Assembly (NCBI GenBank): GCA_044892505.1
Contig: CM097882.1
Span: 547,274,001 to 547,338,000, forward strand
Source of the DNA: Schmidtea nova
Lineage: Eukaryota
Reading direction: 5' to 3'
Length of the DNA: 64,000 bases
Shown: piece after piece, positions 52,333 through 62,250 of the stretch
How positions within the stretch are numbered: position 1 is the stretch's first letter
How the letters are laid out: the number at the start of each line of letters is the position of its first letter
Translations under genes and position numbers: made by a program
Notes under the pieces: generated by a model
Seen by the model: only the letters and a program-made list of their open reading frames with translations
Database searches by the model: none
What the model was told of the DNA's origin: nothing

Positions 52333-54168
52333 CATTTTAATTGGAAAAAACAATACCGAAAAATTATGTATAAATTAAATATTCATTTTAGCTACTGAAA
52401 TAAAAATCAAATAAACTAAAAAATACGTAAACATTTATTTAATTCCAATGGTTGTTGTTGCTTCGAATTACTGAAAGGGTAGTTATCATTTGAATTTCCT
52501 GGAATTGTTGATTTATTATTGTATTTCTGTAATTGATGATTTTGGATTGTATTTCTGTAATTGTAGATTTATAATTGTATTTCTGTAATTGTATTTTCTG
52601 AAACTGTTCTGAAATCGTTGATTTAGATTTGTATTTTCGTGCTTGCTTCTGAGTTTGAAAAGAGGAAAAAGTGTCTTCTTGGTNNNNNNNNNNNNNNNNN
52701 NNNNNNNNNNNNNNNNNNNNNNNNNNNNNNNNNNNNNNNNNNNNNNNNNNNNNNNNNNNNNNNNNNNNNNNNNNNNNNNNNNNNNNNNNNNNNNNNNNNN
52801 NNNNNNNNNNNNNNNNNNNNNNNNNNNNNNNNNNNNNNNNNNNTAAATGATATAATATTTAATTATTTTTCTTAATTTTTACTTGAATTTCTATATATAA
52901 AAAATATGATACTAATGTATAAATAACGGAGGCACTACATTCATGTAGTTTATTTAAATTTTAAACTTATAATTTTAAAATAAACTAAAATTATACATAT
53001 TTCGAAATTAAAATTAAAATTTCTTGAAAGTAATATTATATACAATTGAAATTTTAAACTGTTTCCTGACCAAATTAAGCATTTGGTTTAGATTTATCAT
53101 TTTTTTAAAAAGAGCTACAAAAGGCGGAATTTTTTGGTGAAAGCTAAGTAGCAATAAAGCAGTGAAACGTAATTTTTTAACAAAATTATTTAATAATTAA
53201 AAAAATATTAAATTCATATTATACATTATGATATATAGTTAGAATATTTAAATAAAAATAAATTTAATCATTTTTCATTTCAAATTCAAATTCAAAGTTA
53301 ATAATGATAAAATTAATAACTCCATTGAATATCATATTAGAAACTTTACATAAAATCTGTCAAATATAATAAAAATGAAACTCAAAATATTCAAATTTAA
53401 TAGTTTTATGTGAAAAATAACGGTGATAATTAAGTTTTCTTTTAATTAAAATAAAGATCTTTGATTTAATCCTCTAAATTTCCTATGTATGCCGAGTTTT
53501 GAAAAATAGAAATCTTATATTCGCATATTCTTGTAAAAATCTTGATAAAGATGATGCAGACAAGTATAATAAAACTGATATGTTTCAGAAGTAGAGAAAC
53601 AGTGCTATTGCTGCCTCACTTTTTGGTATCCCTCCATTTATAACNNNNNNNNNNNNNNNNNNNNNNNNNNNNNNNNNNNNNNNNNNNNNNNNNNNNNNNN
53701 NNNNNNNNNNNNNNNNNNNNNNNNNNNNNNNNNNNNNNNNNNNNNNNNNNNNNNNNNNNNNNNNNNNNNNNNNNNNNNNNNTTATAATTATTAACTTTTA
53801 TTTTTAATTATTTATTTTGATTATTTATTTTGTATTTATTATTTTATTTTAATTAATTATTTTATTGTTTATTATTTAATTTTAATTAGCAATTTAAAAT
53901 TTATGTTTATTATTATTTACATATTTATTAAAAATTTAATCATATTTAACAGAAGCTAATACATTATCTTAATATAATTAGTAGTATTGTAATCAATAAT
54001 AACAATGAAACAATAATGTAAAAGTACACACAATTCAATTATGTCAATGATTCGATAAAATGATTGTTGATGAATTCGACAAATAGTTTGCTGGCGATTT
54101 TAATGTTTTTCAATATTATTACTAATAAATCATAAACTCACAATTATTCGTTATCATATAATTTATAC

Positions 54169-54702
54169 CAGTGGTGCCCACTATTTATATCAAAAGATCT
54201 ACTTTTGAATTGTACAAGCAATTGCGATATACCGAAATCAAACATCTTTGTGTGATAATAATAAAATACAAACAAAATCATCTTAAGTTTATCTTATTAC
54301 TATAGAAATAATTTTTTTGAATTCTTATGCGATCGACCTTAAGGCTCCTTATATCATATATAACAAAATATGATATAAACTGTGGTCCATGGATATACTG
54401 ACTGCCGGCAGAGGGTCCGCTAGATTAATATTGAAATTCTTATATTACAAAAGCAACACCTTCCTCACATGATAAAAATTAAATATACATAATTTTATAT
54501 GTGGTGTTCAAATATTTTATTTTTTTTATAATTTATTTATTGTGAATTGTATCTGAATGAATTATAAAAACACAATAAATATTTTTTCCAAATTCTTACA
54601 AACACTGTATTAGTTTTTTTATCGGCGATTGAACTTTGAGGTCCGCCAAAAAAATCTTTTCTTTCAAAGGTGTCCTCGTGTTCAATAAGTTTAAGAACCC
54701 TG
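54169..54702. mobile_element. hAT (Buster/Charlie-type) MITE
   Basis: CAGTGGTGCCCA...GTTTAAGAACCCTG; 8-bp flanks ATTTATAC / ATTTAAAA with central TA. Confidence 0.6.
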
Positions 54703-55399
54703 ATTTAAAATATATTTTTTTCATAACCAAATATGTATTTACCCAGTTTAAAAGGCTGTGTCGAAAATTCGTCCCCTTTAAAAAAATGAAAGTATATTAA
54801 AAGTCATATTGGACAGCAATTTTTGTGTTCATAAAAATATTTTCAAAATTAAAATAGAACTAATTTAATGCAATTTTTTACAATCACCTTAATTTCAAGA
54901 TCACTTTTTTTTCTTTTTTTTCACATTTTTTATATCCTTATTTTTTGATTTCGAGAATCTACATTATTGATGCCATTGAAATCACGGGGAATTTAATGGA
55001 TAATACTATTTTAAATATATTTTTTAATTTGTTTTTATTTTACGCAACAATGATCTCTTCTAACAAAATTACATTCATAAATTTCATCAAACTTTCAGAA
55101 AAATGAATTTTTTCTTACAAATAATTTTTTTACAAACTTTTAAAAACATCAACGTATTAATTTGAGCTTCAAATCTAAATTAATCGCGTCCGTGATAAAT
55201 AAAATATTTTATTCATTGGCCCAACTGAGATTTTATTCTATAGAATATCATACGATTTCATTTTGCTTTCAGAAAAATTTCAATTATTTTGTATGGATTT
55301 CCTTATTAGGAGAAATTTCAAACAAGTAAACATAATTAAAGAATTTAAACAAAAAATGATGTCAAATAAATATATATACATATATAATTTACGCTATGT

Positions 55400-55810
55400 T
55401 CAAGCTTTTTTCAAGTCTTTTTCAAGCAGTTTACCCTCTCCAAATTCCCGTTTAGATTGGAACATATAGTGAAGGTGGTATCTCATTCATGGTAATAATA
55501 TTACCCAAATGACTCTCTCCAACATTGTCTAAAATCTGAAGGTTCTCCTCGCACCACTGCAGATGTCGACTTTTCATTTCAACTATTTAAAAGCATGGTA
55601 CGAAGCGAAACCACAATTTTTCTCAGATCTTTCTTTACTTTTTCTTTGATTTTACAAGGTTTTTCTGATTTTTTCTCATCTTAAATTGAAGTTCTACCAC
55701 TCATGGAAGTAATTATTGCTTTTTCTGTTGGGTACTCACCATCGAGGATATCATTCAGCTCTATACTAACTTCTTCTATACTATTGCTTTTCATAAAGTG
55801 AAAACGAATG
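55400..55810 (-). pseudogene. Mariner transposase relic
   Basis: ELNDILDGEYPT..MSGRTSI*DEKKSEKP; WCEENLQ..NIITMNE (TGDE motif). Confidence 0.7.
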
Positions 55811-57324
55811 ACACTGCAATATTACACGCTTTATATGGACATTTTAAAATAAGTACTAAAGNNNNNNNNNNNNNNNNNNNNNNNNNNNNNNNNNNNNNNN
55901 NNNNNNNNNNNNNNNNNNNNNNNNNNNNNNNNNNNNNNNNNNNNNNNNNNNNNNNNNNNNNNNNNNNNNNNNNNNNNNNNNNNNNNNNNNNNNAAACGAC
56001 TGAATAGATGTTTACAAATTGGTTTATTTCATTTATTTACTTCTATAAGAATCTCACTGCTTATTGGGCACACCAAATATTTTAATTGAATTGGAACGGT
56101 CTCTCCAAAACGGCACCTATTCCTAAAATACGTATGAGATACTTTTCAAAATCAAACCAACAAATTGTCTCGATAAAGAAAAGAAAAAAAGAATAATTTG
56201 TATAAAAAGTATTTAGTTATAAGAACTTACATTACGGGCTTCCTCCCATCCGTTTGTCTTAATCTTTTATTTATTTTCTTCTGGGACATGCCAAATTTAA
56301 TCCCATACTAATTTATTTGTTAAATTTGTAGATCAGAGTTAATTTTAAAAAACTTTCTTAAATTAACCTTGACCACCTCAGTTTTTGCATGTCCCTTTGC
56401 GGTACCCGATTCCTCTCTTCCCAAAGGATGTCCTTAACAGATACTCCCTACTTACAAAATTAAATAATTATTATTAATTGATAATAAATTAGTATCCTAT
56501 CGTGAATATTTATTGCAGTCTCTCTTTGCTACAGCCAAGAGTTTGACATTTATCCTCATAGATAAACGTAGAGTGTCAAATGTGGATGTTGAAAATATAT
56601 ATTTTTGCACTTTTATCTTATTCATCATTCGATAATAAAATAAAGTATAAATCACAACGGATGGCGCATATAAACAAAAGCTTTATATAATGTAGTAGTT
56701 TGCGATCAGTGTCAATGATTAAGGTACAAAAAATTCCAAAATAAATTGTGAAAAATAAAAGTATTAAATTATCATTAATTAAAAAGAAATTGGCATATTC
56801 TTTCGAAGAAATTATGAAAAAGAGTAAAACCAATTTAGTTAGTACATTATTTTTTTTCAAAAACTATTTTATTTATTCTGCTAATTATTCTAATTTAATT
56901 TAATATTTTTATTTGGATTTTTAGTAATTCCAAAACGCTAACGGTGGTTATTCCACTGAAATATGGGGAAAATGTGATTAGATTAATGAAAAATTACCGA
57001 TGAAAAGAATTATTAAAATATTTTTATTATTAATATTTAGAACAGCTGAAATATTTGTTTTTAAATATTGAAATATATTTATTTATATTTAAGTATAATA
57101 AAAAATTAAATTAAAAGATATAAAAAGAAATATTTTTATATACAGTAATCCTTCCAACTACATGGTAAATACGTTTTCCAAAAACAGCGCGCTAACCAAA
57201 ACCGTACGCATTGAACCCTGATTTGCACGAAATTACGGGTCTAGGTTTCAAATATTAGACAGATGGAAGGGTTAGTGTATTAAAAACTCTGGCGCGCCAT
57301 GGCAAGACCGCGCAGACAGAGAAG

Positions 57325-57361
<37 letters not shown>

Positions 57362-58048
57362 GATAATTTTTTGGGTTTGCGTTATTTTTGATTTTAACCC
57401 CCCCCCCGTATGTGCGATGTTCCCCTTTGCTGTGTTTGTATTTTTTTGTTTTGTAATAGTTGTGAAATGATTGTGGAATAAATTATAAAATAATTAAATT
57501 TAGAATTTTTTAAAAATCAATTCCTATAGTTAAGGAAAAAAAAAGAAAATAAAAAATTATTGATAATTGACAATTACCAGAAATTAAAAGAAACTATTAA
57601 GAATGCGAAAAACTTTAAATTGAAGAATATAAAAACTTTTAAAAAATTATTATTTTATAACATACGTGAGTAAACGTTTTTACATTTTATTGTAAAATTT
57701 ATTTTTTTATTGTAAATTTATTTTTTACAAATTTGTTATTTGATTTGTTAATACAATAATTACATACACAAGCACATTCACATACAATAAAAACATAACA
57801 AGCACCCCAGCTGTCCTGATAAACTTTTACAGGTGACGCGGCTGGGCTCAACATAGTTCTTTAAAAACTCATTTATAGTACATTATTATACTATCTATAC
57901 TATATATATATGTGTGTGTGTGTTGAGGTTCCGAAAATCTCACTTTGATGGTTCGTATATAAATGAAAACACAAATTCTGTTTATTAAGTTTTATTTATC
58001 ATTAGCAATATTTTACAATCTGATAAAATTACCTTTTGATAAAAATTC

Positions 58049-58093
<45 letters not shown>

Positions 58094-58099
58094 ATCTTT

Positions 58100-58756
58100 A
58101 TGAGAAAAAAAATTCTGTAATCTCTTCTTTATAATTGGTCAATAAACAAGTAATTTAAGAGAAATTTTAATTTTATGATATCTAAATTGTATATGGGAGA
58201 ATTCTGATTACATGGATTCTCGAATAATATTTGGGTGCAGATGGCTAAATTGATATTCGAACGTAAAATGTTTTATAGGAGAACTTCGGATTTTCTATTC
58301 GTATAGGACAATAGCGGCGAAGGAAAAAAACCAAAAGATCGGTGTTAATATTGTGGTTTATTAACACAGGGACATAATTTGGTGTGGGAATTTTGAAATA
58401 AATCATAGAATTAGTCAAATAATATCATAATAATTCAAAATCTTTTAAAATTTTTGTTTATGTGGTCGTCAATCACAATAAATGATTAAAAGGACACAAA
58501 TGTATTAATCTTACTGTTGGCCTCACCTGTGTAAAGAATTAATCAATCTCGCTATGATCTAGGTCATCTTAGAGAATTACCCAGAAAAGCCTTCACGAAT
58601 AATACTCCCTAGTATATGCCCCCATGACTATCATGAATAATCATGTTTGTAATGTGCATAAAGGCCTTTCGAATTAGTAGACAGATGAGCCATGTTGCCA
58701 TGACTATAATCTACTAATTTCCTACACACGGGTTCACTCATGTCGAAAGAAGACAT
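58100..58756 (-). pseudogene. Candidate 5' part of a negative-strand RNA virus L (RdRp) gene, degraded
   Basis: ATG 28 nt after the G-like stop; MSSFDMSEPVCRKLVDYSHGNMAHLSTNS loosely resembles the HLxS(P/A) L N-terminal motif; assigned mainly by position. Confidence 0.3.
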
Positions 58757-58783
58757 TTAAGTGATTCTTTCTCGCCAAACTGG

Positions 58784-59689
58784 TCATAAATATTTGCTGA
58801 TTATCTCAGCACTTCTTGTCTTATACATCTTAAACATCTCAATTCCTACTGTAGCTACAAAAGTAAGAACAAAAAATTTGGGAGAACTATTTTTACAGAT
58901 AAAAATATGAATAACAACTATTGTAATCTATTTGCAATATAACGATCGCAATGGAAGGATCTCATTTATCAGGTCTAGTCCAGACAGATTGTCTAGATAT
59001 TCTAGGTGTCTATTCACTTGCTGGACGAATAAGTTATCTCGTTGTTGCTTGAGTTTACACCTCTTCTTTGCACTCAGGCGAGAACTTTAAACTTTTTTGG
59101 ATGGTAGAATTTGGGTTTATCCGCCTATTGGGCACCACTTTCTCAGTGTAATCGGGTTAATCTTTCCCGCCAAACTACATTGGATGAATTCTTGCAATAT
59201 TTCCTTCTTACAGTTTTCTAATTTGATTTGGGTTGCGCTTAATTCCAACTGTAGATTATCCTTCGTCTTCCTAGTGCGTTCTATCTTTAATAGGGTATCT
59301 ATCATTTGCACTGGGGAGAAATACATATTTTCATGCCAAGGATCTTTCTCTTTAAACGACTCATTGACTTTTCCTCTCAAGGCATCTTTTGTCTGGCACA
59401 TTTGCACAGTTGAATTCTTTTTCCAGCTATCTTAGTTACTGTCGATACTAAATATATAAGATACATGATAAAATTTAGATTGTGCCTACTCGTCACCCTC
59501 GATTAACTTCATTTACTACCCGCTATTCATATTAGATGGTTACGCTAAGTCAATTATTATTAATTTCTACCCCTTCCTCATTATTATTTGAAACATTCCA
59601 TTATTCGGTTCGAAAACAAAGTTCTACCTATATTATTTCTAACAGTTAAACAAATATAAAAAATTACTAATTAAAACTGAGGAATACAT
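58784..59689 (-). pseudogene. Candidate viral envelope glycoprotein (class III / borna-nyami-chu-like), degraded
   Basis: Hydrophobic start MYSSVLISNFLYLF at 59689; sequons NST and NES; heptad helix then ENCKKEILQEFIQCSLAGKINPITLRKW; the same frame continues past three stops to a hydrophobic TM (ITIVVIHIFIC..FFVLTFVATVGIEMF) and a basic tail KMYKTRS. Confidence 0.5.
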
Positions 59690-59723
59690 TTATTTTAATA
59701 TACAACGATGTCACTTTTTATTA

Positions 59724-60079
59724 TCATTCCAAAATGATCTTTTCACTCTTTATCGTCGCGACGAGTTCTTCCTGGGGAATCACACTATCATATACAATCT
59801 CTTTATATCCTCCTATTCTGCTGAGAATTACACTGAAATGCGACGGGAGCTTTTCGTAATTTCCGTCGACATCAATGGGTCACTACCGAGCCATACGGTC
59901 TTCACATTTATACCACGAAGATGAAGGGATGTTAATGACTCTGGTCTTGAATCTTCTAGGCATCTCAACAGTCTTTCTGTAAGATTATCCACTAGCCACG
60001 GAGCAGGATTGTAGATAGGAGTACGTGATTTTGGGACAATATTTATTATTTGGGACATTTAACTAATTTCTGGTTCCAT
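59724..60079 (-). pseudogene. ~120-aa ORF (one stop, one frameshift) in the matrix-gene position
   Basis: MEPEIS*MSQIINIVPKSRTPIYNPAPWL...RRIS/VILSRIGGYKEIVYDSVIPQEELVATIKSEKIILE*; no family recognised. Confidence 0.35.
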
Positions 60080-60571
60080 TTTGGCGATAAATTAATAGTT
60101 TTATAAACTTTATTTGTCACGCATGTCACTTATCAACTGTGAATCAAAATAAGGTGACTGTCAACTTGAGAAAACTGTAACGATTTCGTTTTGTTTACTT
60201 GTCTCGCTCAACCGTTTATAATGTATTCTGAAAGCAGTATTTATACGGCAACTGGATAATTGTAATAATTTATAAATAATGTTGATTTGAATTGAAACAA
60301 ATACAAGTACATGTTAAATTTATTAATTTCTAACTGTGTCATATTGATGTCTAATGTAAGAAATGGTTGCATTTCCTAACTCTACCATTTCGGTAGATAT
60401 TCTGTCCTCCGTTATACTCTATTCATTTTATTGAATTATTCTCAACCTGTTCCACACGGTAGGAAGCTAGAATCATGTTGACATTGTCCTACTATTATTA
60501 GTAAATTTAATTCATTTTAGTGGAGAATCTATTTAATCCTCTTTAGTGTATCCTTCACTGGCTGTTACTAG

Positions 60572-60990
60572 CTAGGTAAGTTGAATTACAATGGCTGCCG
60601 ACATCCGTCTCGTCTCTGCGATCTGGGGTCTTCAATGCGTTGGGAACTTGTGGCTGGTTAGGCTACACAATTCCGGAAAAGATCTCATTTCAAAATTACT
60701 TGCAACGGTTTGAAACCACAGCTTCACCTCTGCGAACCCGGGTTTCCCACTATTTTGGAGCTTGTCGCTGAGTATCCGACAAAGCTCCGAAATAAAAACT
60801 CCATTTTTATGTAATGGGTGAAAAACATAAGGGGTTAGCCACTAGTAATAATGAAACTAATACAAATCAAAATTACTTTTTTCACGTACAGCTTCTGGAG
60901 TAGCAAATATTGATAAATCAAAATTGGTTTTCACACAATGAAGGTTTAAAGCTATTTAAACTGAAGTAACAACTGCTCTAATAATGAAGT
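60572..60990 (-). pseudogene. Candidate Mononegavirales-like nucleoprotein fragment
   Basis: Frame 60841-60572 reads ...LSDKLQNSGKPGFAEVKLWFQTVASNFEMRSFPELCSLT; F-x4-F-P-x-L-x-S fits the paramyxovirus FX4YX3(hydrophobic)S(hydrophobic)AMG motif and, as recalled, bornavirus N (..KL..F..APRSFPNLAS) at the same spacing. Confidence 0.6.
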
Positions 60991-61000
60991 AGAAATGCTA

Positions 61001-61075
61001 AATTGGCTGATTTTGCTGGTTTTTTATATACATATTTTGTGACTGAATCAGCCAATCAGAATGGATCCGCCCCTT
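61001..61075. promoter_or_regulatory. Inverted CCAAT pair plus GC box
   Basis: ATTGGCTGATT (about 61002) and AATCAGCCAAT (about 61047) are exact inverted repeats; CCGCCCC at about 61067. Confidence 0.35.
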
Positions 61076-61079
61076 AAAC

Positions 61080-61281
61080 TGTTGAGTTTTATTATTTGTT
61101 TTCAGCCAATTTGGTTTCGTTAATTTTTCCAATTTATTTTCATCTTTTCTAATTATGTTTCAACTTAAATAATTAAATTCTTAATATTTTGTTATTGTTT
61201 TTACCATTTATTTATTTTAGGGAGTTTCCATTTTTTCCTAATTATCTATTAACTTATTATAATATTATTAATTTTTCTTCC

Positions 61282-61315
<34 letters not shown>

Positions 61316-61534
61316 TTGTTAATTCCCTTTCCTCTTTTTATTTATTTATTTTTATTTAGCATGCACAATAATAATATACAGAAGCACGCACGCACACATA
61401 TCGGCAAGTATGTAGCATCCACCCAGCTGTCCCAAGGCAGATTTTTACCGGTGACCCGGCTGGGCTTGACAAATTTCCTTAAAAACAAATTATAAACAAT
61501 AAAATACGAAATTCCACAACATATAACCCCAACA
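61080..61534 (-). mobile_element. Probable solo LTR (TGTTGGGGTTA...CTCAACA)
   Basis: Start is identical to the 36598 LTR start; near-TSD AAAC/TAAC; contains a GC hairpin shared with 57806-57846. Confidence 0.5.
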
Positions 61535-62250
61535 TAACATACCCGATTAAAAACGATCAGATTCGGTATATTTCGGATATCTATCGATACGATTCAGAAA
61601 TTCAAATGTAAGCGTGATGATTATTGAGTAAGTATGGGTTATTGATATACTTCCAGTAGGTAGATGTGTCAGGTCTGCGCCACTATGAGTTATCGCGCGT
61701 TTTTTGGCGCCATTTTTAAAGTGTGTTTTGTTTAAATGTTTGGAATTTTTATTATTTATTTTATTATTAAATTATTTCTTTTTTTTTATTTAAATAATTT
61801 TTTTTTATTAATTTATTTTAATTAGTTATTTATTATTTTTTTTTAATATTATTAATTTACTTTTGTTAATATAATTTATTATTGTTCTTAATATTTTTCT
61901 ACACCTTCAATGATAAACGTTCAATGAAAGCACTCATCAAAATATTATAAGCATATAACAAAATGAGACAATTCTGCACAACATAAAATTACTTAATCAA
62001 ATANNNNNNNNNNNNNNNNNNNNNNNNNNNNNNNNNNNNNNNNNNNNNNNNNNNNNNNNNNNNNNNNNNNNNNNNNNNNNNNNNNNNNNNNNNNNNNNNN
62101 NNNNNNNNNNNNNNNNNNNNNNNNNNNNNNNNNNNNNNNNNNNNCAGTTTCTAAAAATTATAAAAACAGACTGAAACTAATCTGTACAATATATAACTAA
62201 ATAAATGAAAACAAAAAAAACAAAAAACAAAGTTTTTCAATAAATTTTAT

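Noticed and set aside
7385-56007. ORFs containing X runs
   Set aside because: Artefacts of translating through N gaps
58560-58660. Resemblance of SHGAY...DDL..FFTQ to the L capping-domain region
   Set aside because: Needs frameshifts and conflicts with its position just after the putative L start; treated as chance
61422-61464. Twister-like GTCCCAAG loop
   Set aside because: No P1/P2, UAA cleavage loop or GAGGG partner; the loop is not kept in the second copy
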